Of a stretch of 64,000 nucleotides of DNA, positions 1 to 12,468 are shown one piece after another. The stretch is taken from the NCBI RefSeq assembly GCF_964204645.1, contig NC_134035.1:10634451-10698450 (forward strand), given 5' to 3'. The stretch is from Tubulanus polymorphus. Lineage: Eukaryota > Animalia > Nemertea. The notes under the pieces were generated by a model. That model ran no database searches. It had not been told where the DNA came from and saw nothing but the letters and a program-made list of their open reading frames with translations. Every line of letters starts with the position of its first letter. Positions within the stretch are counted from its first letter, which is position 1. Both the position numbers and the translations under genes were made by a program.

Positions 1-149
1 TAGGTCCCCGGCATCGACTACCACGCGAAAGCATAATCATAACAATCGACGTGTTTACCACCGTGGTATGAAATAAGAATCGGGAAGCTTTCGACGCAAA
101 TAAGAAATGTGTTTTTGGATTGCCATATGGCGTTTAGTAAAATATCATT

Positions 150-410
150 GTTGCACAGTCGTGACATAAGTCCAAAAGTGATCTTAAATCTTGAGACTAG
201 TCTTGATATGTGAGATTGGTTACTACATCTAAGATGGTCATAGACTGGTCTTCAAAACGCAGTGGTCTTGTGACATGTTAGGTTGGCTATAGAGCTATAG
301 ATGGTCATAGACTGGTCTTCAAAACGCAGTGGTCTTGTGACATGTTAGGTTGGCTATAGAGCTAAGAAACTCTGAGACTGATCTTAATTCTTAAGTCATG
401 ACTGTGATCT
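150..410. mobile_element. Family A MITE with an internal 67-bp tandem duplication
   Basis: CACAGTCGTGACATAAG...CTTAAGTCATGACTGTG inverted ends; 232-297 is repeated at 299-364. Confidence 0.7.
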
Positions 411-1048
411 TGTCTATAAATCCCAACAAAACGTAGTTAAGTATAGACTCAACTTCGACAACGGAATTTTAAATCAGATTTTTATTTTAAAAACTTTTAG
501 TTTCTTACCTGTTGATCGGAAAAGCCGTCAATGCCTCCAAGGGTCATTGTTTTCGCAGTGAAATACTGTCTATTCTAACCATGCGTATGGAATTCCTAAA
601 AGAAATTGGACCGACCGTTAAAACATGCGCGACAACACGTTATATACGAATGTGTTTCAATCTTATCTTACGCGGCGGCGCACTTTTAAACGGTGTTTAC
701 ACGTGGTATGCCACAACCATAAATAACAACAATATCTTTGATAACCTAAGAGTTTGTTAGAAACGTTTCAGAACGATGTCGCCGAATTCCGATATAAAAT
801 ATGATTACATCACAACGCCTTTTTAAAGATGCGAGCGCTTTTTTGGACCGATGCCAAGGTGAACCGCGACCGACACACGACTATTTGATAGATACATCGT
901 ACGCCCCCACCATCCCTGATCAGATTTCCCAGAACGTAACATTTTGAGGGAAACCCGAGAAAACGAGGGTCGTGGAAATTCTTATCGAGGTTCTTAGACT
1001 GACCCTCTCCCACTCCTGTCTACTCCGAACAACTAAAATCGATAATCC

Positions 1049-1273
1049 TAGGATTAGAAAATCGATACCTTGTTTCTCCTTTCGGCTGACCTTAAAAGTT
1101 GACCCGACCGGTCGCCTATCTACCCTGTACATTACTTTTTTTCAAGATTCGATCAAACTAACAATAACAGACCCGGCAGCTATAGAAACTAGCTGATTAC
1201 AAATTCGATTGCGGTTTACAAAATAACCCGGCCGATAATAATAGGAGAAAGAAGGTATAATTTTTCTTTAGCC
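1049..1273. mobile_element. MITE family B, reverse orientation
   Basis: GATACCTTGTTTCTCC...GGAGAAAGAAGGTATAA...TTTAGCC; interior is the reverse complement of 46179-46398. Confidence 0.8.
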
Positions 1274-4200
1274 CGATACATATTTTTACCTATTAAACCG
1301 ATACATATTTTTACCTATTAAAAAATTTGGTAACGGCTAAAATCATTCAAGGTCATCATATTTACTCAAGAACCGACAAACTGAACTCACCAAATTCCAA
1401 GATTCAAACTTGTAACTCGTTAATAATGAATGAAAATTTGTCACTCGGCATGAAAAGCATCGAATCCTTTTAGTGAATTTATATGTTTAATTTCCCGTTC
1501 GAAATTTGTTTAAATACTATTTGTCCGACGCGAGGACGTCATAACGCGGTGACCTTCCTGCAACATTCACGTCGCGATACGGGCTGATTGTATATTCAAG
1601 AGTTCGGATTCAATAGTTATCCGTGTTTCCAGGTTGTCAATAAACGCATTCACTGGAATTGAATGTCGTCAATGTTGATAAAATCTTATAATTTCCTGTT
1701 GTGGTTTTATAATTGCATTGAATTGTCGTGTCCAGTAGCCGATGCTAATGACGGTATAACAGACACGTATTACATTAGGCTGTGCCCTTGAATGAAATAC
1801 TTTTAAACACACCGCGAAAGCTATATACCGTACCGCCATCTGGAGGTTTAGTTTTTTATATCGTAGTCATTTCTAGGAAAGCTGAACAGTAGTAGGTGCC
1901 ACGACATGGTAGCGCGATATGCTGTGCTCATTGAATCAAATTACATAACATTTACGGCGTCGATTGTAATAGTACTGTGAAAACTGGAGCAAGTAGGTAT
2001 TATCATCGTAGAAGGTCTATATAGATTCCGAGAATAGAAGTCGTATTCGTACATGAGAATAATAACCTTCAAACGATATAGCTTCGAACATAATATTTTG
2101 TATACATAAAATGTATACTTAGTTAGAAAGAAGTGTCGATTTTGACTTCATAAACAAAAACCGAAATATGGCAATTACTAAATGATGTTTTTTCTTTTTA
2201 TCCTAACTTCATGCAGTGAAACATTAACTACACGATGTTTCAGGAATGTACGCCTTTTTTTCTTAATTCTTAAAGTACAAACAAAAATAAATAATCATTA
2301 TCGTTTGAAGGACGTTGGAAAATTTGCTGACAAATGAACAAGCGAAAGAATCAGTAAAAAATTATTGGACTGGCAAATCATTTTCTAACAAAGTATGAAA
2401 ATGTATACGTTGTATGGAAAAAATCACGAGAACGAATTGTTTTCAAAAGCTTTGCGAGCATCGATTTCAAAACAACTTATCATTTCGATTGGAATACTGT
2501 GGTGAATTCAATTGTAACAGCGCGTTCCGACAACAGAGCAAGCGTGTGTGACCACGTCTTAGATTATACGAACCAAATAAATGAAGATGAATCCAGAATG
2601 AGGAGCGTAAGTAAAAAAAGAGCAAAAGACCGGATAGAAAATTATGTGTCGAATTCATTCAATTAATGCATACGTGAAAAGTCTACCCCGTTCTAACTAT
2701 ATAAAGAAAAATCGAAATTATTTGATGTATAAATGAAGCATTTATTTAGCTGAATAAATTGTCCTACCTCGCTTCTTCTTCGAGTGTCGCTGGTTTCTGT
2801 CCATGAAATAATGGATTGTATCTTAAATCAACACAAATTATTTATCCGATCATCCGAATTTGGGAATAGCGAATTCATAAAGCGCGTGCCACCGGTTTGA
2901 CAACACGATCTGTTTTGAACGAAAGATATTCGTGTTTAATCTTTCGAGAGTGAAGTCGCTTGGATATGTACCGCGCTGACTGGCCTCTTCTAGGAATCGT
3001 CAGTTGTTGTTTATAAAAGTACAGCGCCAAACGCGGCAGTTATTCATACTATCAGCGACCTAGATTATCGATTATAACCAGTACTGTATACACGCTGTGC
3101 AGTTCTTCAGCGAAGCAGGCGATAAAATGAAGAAATTAAAAAACAATTTTAAGAAATTCGAACAAAAAACTACGCGAGAATCGAAGCTGCTTTGCTTTAT
3201 TACTGCAATACTTGTCGTTATTTTGTTATGAAGAGCGATGTTAGTGAATGATTTCCTTTCGAACGAGAAAACTTTCCGTTTAAGATTTGAAGATTTTTAC
3301 AAATTTTATTACACCCAGAAAAAGTAAACAAAAAGAATTTAAATCTGTCTTTTTCAATAGCTAAATGCCCACCCAGCATTTCGAAAATCCCCGTTTCTAT
3401 AGATTGAGTTGTTAATATAAGTTCTCACAGCATGAATGGTACACTTGACCCTATTGTAAACATTCGTGGTCGCCGACGCGTCCCGCAAACGTAGCCGTCA
3501 GCATCTAAATTTAGATTATCTGGTTTCCCCAACCCTGACCCCGGAAACCCCTGTTATCGAAAACCGCCACACGTAATTAGTATAAGCATACATCAATTAC
3601 AACAGCAAATACTTTCATTCATAGTATTTCGAAAGTAGTAATCTCCCCACGGCAGCGGCAACTGTAGTTAAAAGTGCAAATAAATCACTTCAACAAGTAG
3701 ATAGCGAACCAGTGTTTCTTGGAAGACTTCAAATCATTTGAACTTTGTTTGGGTCGACGAGAGAGGGAGATATAAGTGAGGTGGTACATTGGAATTTGAA
3801 TACTCTCTTTGAATATACTCTCTTTTTGTCAGCGCATTCAAACACTAAGAATTGAAGGTTTTAGGATTCCATATTATGTGTCATTCCTTCAGACCGAAAA
3901 TTCGGATTTTTGATAAATCTTTACTTGCCATATGTTTGAAAAAATGTTCAGTTATTTGACTGAGGCTTATATACTTTTACGTTACTTATATTGAAAAACA
4001 GCAAAGCCAATTTAAAAAAAAATGATTTCTTGTCCAATGACAGATGAATAAAATCAAGACTGAAATTGAGACTGAAATTGAAATCTCTAGTAAAAGTTTT
4101 CTCCTTTTAAATACAACATTCCAAAGCAATGCGTACACAATATGTTAATACAAAAATCTGCGGGTATTTCCCCGACCGAAACATTTATTTACTCATCAAC

Positions 4201-4599
4201 CTAAAATCGAGAGTTTGTACATAACGCACTGTACTTATAGCAACGTAATCTATGTCAAACGTTCTAACATTCCTCCGGTAGTTGTACATAGATTATACAC
4301 GGAATGCTTTATAAGCACACTGTTTCCAAGCCTTTTTGGGTCTTTAAGCTTATCGTCATAAATTTTCAAGAGATGTATACATACGAATAAACAAAAACTC
4401 GAAGCTACTGCTAAAAATGCAGACGCCACTTCGCATTTTCGAAATGGAATTATTCTGAATTCCATCCAAGTGTTACATAAACCAAGGCTGAACTAGGACT
4501 GGTCCTGAGCCACAGCGACACTACCGGCTGATACCGGAAAATGCTATGAATATATACTTGACGTTCTGTTTTGTTGGTGAGATCCTGAATAGCCAAGCA

Positions 4600-5045
4600 T
4601 GCTTACTGAAAAGTTTATGGACGCTCGTGAAATAAATGCTTTGTTCAATCTGGACACTAAATGCCGAGCAGTGTTTAACAATCGCAGCCTTTGAAATTAT
4701 TTGCAGCATTCTGAAATCCACTGGACCAGCTACTCCTCAAACGTCGGAATCACTCAGAGATTGGGAAGCATCTCACTGGAGCCCACGACTGACAGTGTTT
4801 TGTACATGACCAAGGAAACGTGTTTGGCCATGTCACCCGCGCAACGGCACGCTGGCCAACACCATCTAGCAAGAATGAGGCAGGCCTGGTAGGCATAAAT
4901 ACGACATTGAGTAGGCATAGAATGGAGCGGCCTTGACCTTTCTACATTGATTCATCTGGCCAAAGAAAGGAAGCGTTCTCAATAGACTGTGCTGACTGCT
5001 TAGTCAACGGCGCCCAGGGCTAGGGCACTGGTGATGATGACGATT
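4600..5045 (+). mobile_element. Decayed 3' end of an RTE-clade LINE
   Basis: Frameshifted translation gives WTLNAEQCLTIAAFE...IHWTSYSSN...FGHVTR...GTLANTI*Q...WSGLDLSTLIHLAKERKR, the RTE C-terminal pattern, ending in a (GAT)n-like tail at ~5033-5044. Confidence 0.75.
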
Positions 5046-5109
5046 GCTTATTACTGTCGAAAATAAAGAACTCTACAAAAAATTGAAGTAACATCCTTTC
5101 TTTGATCAG

Positions 5110-5320
5110 ATGAATTAATTGAATTGTATTGACCGGCAACCCCGATATTGATGACGTAGTATACATCACACGCTATCCTAATTGTCATTAAAATCCATTA
5201 CCAAGAGATAAAAATGTCACGATTTGGCCAACGAGAGTTGCGAAACTGAAATAGCTAAGAATATACACAATTGTATTCGTTAATTCGAAACGCTTATTCT
5301 AGTGACGTAGTGCACATCGG
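5110..5320 (+). repeat. Dispersed repeat family E, diverged
   Basis: GAATTGTATTGACCGGCAACC plus boxes at 5150-5167 and 5301-5318. Confidence 0.65.
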
Positions 5321-7258
5321 TTCACAAGTCAACAATCGGCGTCACATAATCTCACTTGGTTGCTGATGTACTCTCTTTGACGAAGACGCGTTATGACAAC
5401 ACGACTTCCACGCCGAGCTGGCTGTCGTGAAATGGTCTGGCTTTCGGACAGTCAATTTCCGCACGCATTTGACTCATCAACAGAAACCAATCGCGTATCC
5501 GTTATATGATATTCAATCGAAAATAAATACGCTTGAACTTTCGTCTTGATCATTATAGCATCTTGTCGCTTGCGACAGCTGCCGCGCTTTATATACACAC
5601 TATATAAGGCAAATACAATGAGGCGTTGGATATGTTTCTAGCATTTATCAGATACGATCGCTCGAGTTGAACACATTCGATACTGAATATACAAATCGAG
5701 TTAACAAATTCGAAATTCTTCGAATTGATCATTGGTTTCGAAAATCCGTGTCCGGGAACTGGTTCATAGTTTCAACGATCTGAACGCGTACGTTCGTTTC
5801 TGTTTTTTTCCACTCGTAACGCGTTAGATACGGATATTGTTTACGTGTCCAAGAACCGGTTCAATCTTCCGCGGTCGGCGGGAAGATTTGATAACGCCGC
5901 CGGTGCGTCGAATAAAAACGAGTCATCGCAGCCGGATTAACTTTACATATACTCGCCCTGGTTTCGGGACAGAGGGAAACATAACGATCAAGTAATACGT
6001 ATATATATATATTGAAGTCGAAAAGAACTACGGGTCTCAAACGCGCAAAGACGGGAAACAGACAAAGACGTGGTGACATATCGAATAGAATATGAACGAA
6101 GCTGTAACATTAAACGATAGAAATAAATAGTTCGTTTTCAGATGATGGAGAGAGAGCTCATGGGGGTCTGATTCAGAGAGGGGTGCACTCCCCCAAAATA
6201 GGGTACATCATTTAACTAAAAGGGCAGTCAGTCCAAAAGAAGGCTCATCGCAAGAAATCAACCCATTTTTGGAATAGAGGAAAAGCTCAAGCTTATATGA
6301 ATTAAGCTCATGAATTTAAACGCCTTAAGGTATCAGTTAAAATGTTTTCATTTTCCCTGAAATCTCAGGGCAAATTAATATTTTTAGGAGGGGGGCTGGG
6401 CATCCCCAGCACCTCACCCGATCCACCAGCATGAATCTTCGCTGTTTCAAGTCTGATTCAGTGTTCAACCATATGAAAATAAATAAAAACCGATTCGATT
6501 TCGTATACCGTTTGTTGGTTTCGATTGAAGACAGATTTACTTTTTATCTACATCCTTTCCTAATGTGATTATGATAAACCGCAGCGTTGTTTTTGCGGTA
6601 GCTCGAAAAACAACTTCATATTTCTACACCGGAGAATGTATGGTCAGGTGACTGTATATCGTGTTTACTAGGAGCCTCCGAAAAAAAAAACAGAAGCCAA
6701 TGCGATCAGACGTTTACAAATGCCGTGTACTTTTATTACTATCATCAAAATATCTTCAAAACTAGTACAACCGGTTATTATTTTATTAGATTTACAGTAT
6801 TATCAGAGTTCGTTTCGAACCCCACGGCTCAAGCGATAAACACTCACGCGGACACGATTTATCACATATATAGCTGAAACGATTAAGGTAAATAAAAAGT
6901 CGACCGCGGGAGCGAGCATTGCCCTCGATCGAATAGGATACAATATTGTTATTTCCTGAACTGGTTGTTGGACGGCCAAAAATAGTAACAAAACAAAATT
7001 ACACCGTATTCAATCCACGTGTTAATATTTGCAAAAAAAGGTCGACGAAACAGTAAAATGAAACGAATCGGATTAAATGTGATAACTGCGGGGTTTGTTT
7101 ACGTGGAAGTGCCGCTGTCTGCATTGGCCATGTGCGGGCTCTATATAGTCTATTCACAAGAATCTCTAGGGGTGAATAACCTCTACGTCGGGCGATCATT
7201 TCGGTCTTTGGCATCCAGGGAGGGGCAGGTTTTATGGTATGGTATTACCTGTAACCCT

Positions 7259-7388
7259 GGGGCCGGTTTCATAGCCATGGCTAAGACTTAAGACCAGTCT
7301 AAGACCAACTAAGTTAACAATTTAAGACCATAGTCTTAAGATTTAAGACCACTTATGGGCTTAAGTCACGACTGTGCAACTGGGCCCC
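7259..7388. mobile_element. Harbinger/Tourist-like MITE, family A
   Basis: GGGGCCGGTTTCATAG...CTGTGCAACTGGGCCCC termini with internal TAAGACC repeats; related copies at ~150-410 and ~52608-52738. Confidence 0.7.
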
Positions 7389-8948
7389 GGGGCTCACTCA
7401 TACATGACCAAAAGCGTAAACCAGGGTTAAAGGTAATACCAGTCTCTAAAACCGGTCCTAGGGCTGTCTGAGAGTACAAAACTAGATTATTCAGTTGGAA
7501 TCGTCATCCGCAACATGAATAAATCCTCCGAAACAATACATTCTCAAGGCTGTCCCCTATTACGTTCACTGTTGTTCCTATTTCAAATGCCAGCCGAGCC
7601 GATTGTTTCCGACAATTCTATCTCAAATATCTGTGACATTTCGTTGACAATTTCTAGAAGCAAATATCGGATGTGTAAACTTTTTCCAACTAATTGCTCA
7701 CACGGGAATTTTGTTAAACGAAAAACCTACCCACAACGAGAATCGGCGACTCCCACACGCGTTTGTCAGACTCTTTTCGTAAAATTCACGTGTCTTCTTC
7801 ATAAAATCAATGCCTTACCCAGTATATTTGAAACGGTGCCAACTGCGTCGCAGTGACATTGCGACAGCGGAGTGGAGTCACCCCTGGCTAGAAATGAAAA
7901 GCTATTTTCACCATAAAAAAACATCGATCATTATATTATACGTAAACGCTGCCAATGCGGTGAACTCTTCGTCAACTCGCGCGGTTACGCAATACTAAAA
8001 ATAATTCTGCGCTAGATTACGCGTACTGGTTGGATTGCCCTGGTTAATGTGTGTAACTGACGGGTATGTCGCTGTTGATCATCGAGGGGTTGTTGATCGT
8101 TTCTCGGAAAAACGCGAGAGAGGTGAGGTTACGCTGAATATCGCAGCTATGCACGCTATACTATACACGCGCAGGGAGTGGGAATTTTTTCTTAAAAATA
8201 AAAAAGAAGTAAACACTTTACTCTTCGCCTTGGGTCGTTCATCAGAAATCTGAGATATCTCGAATGAAAAGAAAACCGCTGCTTGAGAAATGCGTGTGCG
8301 CTGTCCTTTCCATGGCCTAGCTTCGAATAGAACTACATTCTAGGGACCTTCGTTGAACACTATACACTAGCCGAAATAAGATGATGAATTTTGAACAGTA
8401 AATAATGGACGAATATACAGTAGACTCTCGTAACAACGAACTTCAAGGTCCAGAAACTCTTTCGTTAAACTGTCGGTATAACGAACTTATCTGATCCAGC
8501 ATCGAATTATTCAAGTTGTCATATTCAGGACGAATCTAGTTTTTATCAACCGTAAAATTGTTACAATCGTTAAAACGAGGTTCCGCTGTACATATTCTCT
8601 GAGGTCCAGATGCGTTAGGTCGCCGTCTTTTTAATGTTTTAAAAACAAACCAGCAAATCGTTATCTTCCGGCACTGATTTAAGAACCGCATCTCGCATTT
8701 GCATTAAAAACATAAGATTCTCTATTTTATTTCTACAGCCAATAAAAATACGTATAAATATATAATAGTCATGTCCAACCAGTTTGACTTGCTAATGCAC
8801 GGGTCGGGTCTAAATCGCCTGAAATTGCCGAATCTTCGTGGAATCTCCATCACATTTAGATTTTTTCATTCGTGGACGAACCACCTTTTTCTTATCCGGG
8901 TTCATCTTATAGTCTCGGTCAAAGAGATGATTATCATAGGGTTGAACC

Positions 8949-11557
8949 CTATCTCACTTGGTGCGGGGTCGACACGTAGGCCCCGTGCGGAACCGACGGT
9001 TTGAGACTAGGATCGATGTTGCACTGTTTCATGAATATGGCCGTCTCAAACAAATAGTCCAGCGCTTCGTACCTGAAACATTTCAGCGAATAAACATTAT
9101 CAAGAGAACAGAAAGAGAAAGTTTGCCACCCAGAAGTCACTCCTACAACGTACGGAATCGGAAAGCCCTTCGATTATACAGTATATACGTCCTCGCCTAA
9201 CACCAAACTGGGACAGACTTGGTTGGTCCGAGGTAAGTGAAGTCCGACCTAAGGTCAGGGATTCGTACTTAATAGCATCGAGACTCGCTACGGTACGAAA
9301 CCCTGCCACACTAGCCAGAGTGCGCAGCTTCATGCGCAGCTTTCAGCCCGGGTTTTTCCATTTATAGTTTATCTGTGAAATTGGCCTCGATACAACGAGC
9401 AATCTGATTGGTGACGCAAGTTTTCTTGCGTTAAACCTGCGGGTGTACCTGCGCACCCGGTCATAGTGTGGCAGGCTTCATGCCGTGGCTGAGTCGAGTG
9501 ATGCCATTAGGTTTGAATCCCTGCCAGGGGAGGATGGTACATTGCGATCTGACAAAATAGTTACATGTACGTTATATCATGAAACCAGGACTTATCACAT
9601 ACATATTACATCACCTATACGTACATGATTTTAGCTTTTTCCAGCGATGGCCCCCAAACGAACACTCCGTGACGCCTGACTAGTACAGCACTGGCCATAG
9701 GGTAGTCATCCATGGCTTTATGCATTGCGCCCTCCAGCAGATCTTCCCGAGGAGCATTCTCGATTATCGGAATCACCAGTTCTTCGTCATATCGATAATA
9801 AGTCCCTAAGAAAGTTGATAAATAGAAAAGACGCGATGAAACATGGAAGTAGTGAGCATTCTACCACGAGTTTATGTGTTGAGAGACAGAATCTGACGTC
9901 TAAATGTTAGAATTGCGAGCATAACAATGAATTTCAATTACATTAATGATGGACTTTGAAAAAAAAAACGTTCCGTTATATATCTGAAGGTTATCTGAAT
10001 ATATCTGAATCTTTCTGAAGGTGAACTGACCTAACTTAAAAGTACAAAATGTTGCTGCTGTTACTAGAGATAATGAGTTACTAGACATAAGGGGATAATG
10101 GGGTAAAGATGATCACTGCTTATTTCAATGGCCTTCGATTAAAAAATAATGCTTTTGAAAAACACATTCAGTCTAAGGCTTTTGATACCTTGTTTCTCCT
10201 TTCTGTTGAGCTTAAAAGTTTACCCAGTCGGGAACCTATCTACCCTGTATCTTACTTTTTTTAAACCATGATCAGACATAACAGACCCGGCCGAAATAAA
10301 CTGATTGCAAATTTCATTGTAGTTTACTAAAGTGACCAGGCTTATTTGGAGAAACAAGATGATAATTTTCTAGGGTTAACAAACTGTTGCCTGGTCAACT
10401 AGCGAAGGGTTATAAACAAGATGTGACACACGTATAGACATACCCGAATGACATTTGATCATAGCTTTAATAATTTCTTGGTGAGTAATACGAAACTCAG
10501 TACCAGCAAACAGCATCGTCACTTTAACCGAGTTGATCGAATGAGTGTGTATAACAGCGTTGGCGTCTGACAAAACGAATTTAGTAAATTGATTACGATG
10601 AATTAAATGCGACAAGATTCATCGTCAAAGTCGTTCGAAGAGAGAAAACTATTTGTCGAGTAAAAATGCATACATAAATTAAACATCGAGGCCCGATTTT
10701 ATAGACTGGTAACGACTTAAAATTGTAGGTTATCTCAATTGAAAATGAAATGAATTAGGCCACGGGTTAAAAGCTAACTCGAGTCTATAAAACCGGGCCC
10801 AACGTTATACTTTAATTGAATCATTCTGAAAAAGACTGCTTACTTTTAAACTTATAAGCCAACAAGAATAGCGGCGTGCACGCGCTCTTCTTCGGTTTAT
10901 TGTGTTCGTTGCGAGCTCTTGGAATATAAATGTCAACGCCGTCCACCGTTTGAATGAACAAATCATCCGCCTTGATTTTCTCTTTCTGAACCCCGGACGG
11001 CGCGATGTAGATCTCGTTTCTAGCGAAAAAAAAATCGAACAATAATATAAGGGTCATTATCGTTCGGACATTCTAAAGGCACACGCGTATAAGCGTAGAC
11101 CTTCAATATAAACCATGATCATAATCTCAGGGGACATAGGTCCCAACAAACTGTCAATTCACGTTACCCTAATCGAGATGTGATGGATCCCGCCGTCGCA
11201 GCCATTGCGCCTTCGTTGTAATACTTGCGGCACAGCGCGGGAATCCATACCTTTGGATGGTCCTGAAAAAATAAGGACAGTTTGAAGGTATTATTGACAT
11301 GTGCCATTTCGGGTTCGAGTCACGCCGGCTGCTTAGTGTCCGGGCATTCAAGGCCATCCTGTCGTGAGGAGATTCAATATGGGTTAGTATTGGGGAATCA
11401 ATCCACAAACGGCGTAAAGCGAAATAAAGAAACAAAGAATTTGTATTTGCCGCGCGATTCTTACCGGTGGTAGTTCACTAGTCGTGTCCTCCTCCTCGTC
11501 TTGCGACCTGGGTCGCTTAATAGCGGATGGCCCTCCTCGAGAATCAACACCCCACAT
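8949..11557 (-). CDS. APIP: Methylthioribulose-1-phosphate dehydratase (APIP/MtnB, class II aldolase fold), 6 coding exons, 263 aa
   Basis: Exons (minus): 11557-11465, 11262-11168, 11019-10844, 10566-10444, 9805-9625, 9072-8949. All introns are GT-AG and phases are compatible (792 nt incl. TAG). The spliced protein has [73 protein letters not shown] and EALDYLFE, matching APIP motifs (Zn ligands HxH plus RRHG His, catalytic Glu). The first exon (MWGVDS...ELPP) is inferred from a strong CCG|gtaaga donor and phase 0, so it is less certain. AATAAA on minus near 8726-8731. Confidence 0.93.
9256..9536. mobile_element. Family C MITE, degenerate, in last APIP intron
   Basis: Shares TIR and core sequence (AGCCCGGGTTTT, ATACAACGAGCAATCTGATTGGTG, GGGGAGGATG) with 26244-26582. 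Confidence 0.8.
10177..10372. mobile_element. MITE family B in APIP intron
   Basis: TGATACCTTGTTTCTCC...CTATCTACCCTGTA...GGAGAAACAAG, colinear with the 1049-1273 copy. Confidence 0.8.
10690..10800. mobile_element. Small Harbinger-like MITE in APIP intron
   Basis: TIR GGCCCGATTTTATAGACT / AGTCTATAAAACCGGGCC. Confidence 0.7.
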
Positions 11558-12187
11558 CACAATCCTATACTACATACACGCCTGGAATAATAGTACATGC
11601 ACATACGTACGCACATCTAGGTAGATAATCTGTGTATTTTATACTAAAGTCCGCTATATTCAGAATAATGATATCGGCATATACGCCGCACGCGTATAAA
11701 CCCTACCTGCTGTTCGTATATAGATCTAATGTATTCAATGAACGTGCGGCACGTGCTGCCACCAGTTGTAGCCGAGTCGCATTTTACCAATAGTAACGAC
11801 TGTAAGACTACAACTGTACTAAATCTTACGCCAAGCTCGTAGCCAGGATTTCGAAAGGAGGATGGCATCCTCGAATTATAAAATTGACTGTTAGCATGTT
11901 CTGTATCTCCGGAAAGCGAGCACCGCAAATGCGACGCCTAAAAATCTTTTTATAGAACTACTTACAATGTATTCCCAAATATGCATTATCCGAGCATCTG
12001 ATGAATATTTTGTCACTATTTGGATCAAAAATATTTTACCAAACTTATGAAGGGCACCTAGGGTGTTCGTTCGAATGGACGAATCCCCTAGCTAGGAGCT
12101 TTTACTTTGTGATATCTATACGACTTTCTACACGAATGCTTCAATATGTGGACCTGAAGCTCCAAAATACAGGTACTTCATCAATGG

Positions 12188-12463
12188 GAGTACCGGCAAC
12201 GCTACTGTGGCAAGTGAGGGTTCAGCGCTAATCCACCAGGATCGCTAGTGGCTACCGCGCTTCAATTTCCTCCTGAGTCATTTTTTCCCATTGGTGAATC
12301 AGTTGTTCGTGGATCCGTACCATACATTGAGCGAGAAAGGGAATCTTGTATCTATCCGATGACTCGTTTGATAATCTTCGGATTCGGAAGCATAAAGCTA
12401 AATTGATTTTTCGCCACGAATGGCCCAGTGTTTTGTGGCGCCACCTGGTGAGTGCCGGTACCG
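12188..12463. mobile_element. MITE family F immediately 3' of the GPCR stop codon
   Basis: Inverted ends GTACCGGCA / TGCCGGTAC; interior (CTGTGGCAA, CCAGGATCGCTAGT, AATCTT.TATCTAT..GATGACT) shared with 34408-34761. Confidence 0.7.
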
Positions 12464-12468
12464 GATTC

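Noticed and set aside
920-1196. Similar short ORFs at 920-1132, 46109-46396 and 56381-56602 (MYRVDRRP...KQGI) suggesting a peptide gene family
   Set aside because: All are translations of MITE family B; frames are not preserved among copies.
11830-11868. Alternative APIP first exon MPSSFRNPGYELG with a gtaaga donor
   Set aside because: Overlaps a repeat-like CGTAGCCAGGATTT terminus; the 11557-11465 exon fits better. It may still be a 5'UTR exon.
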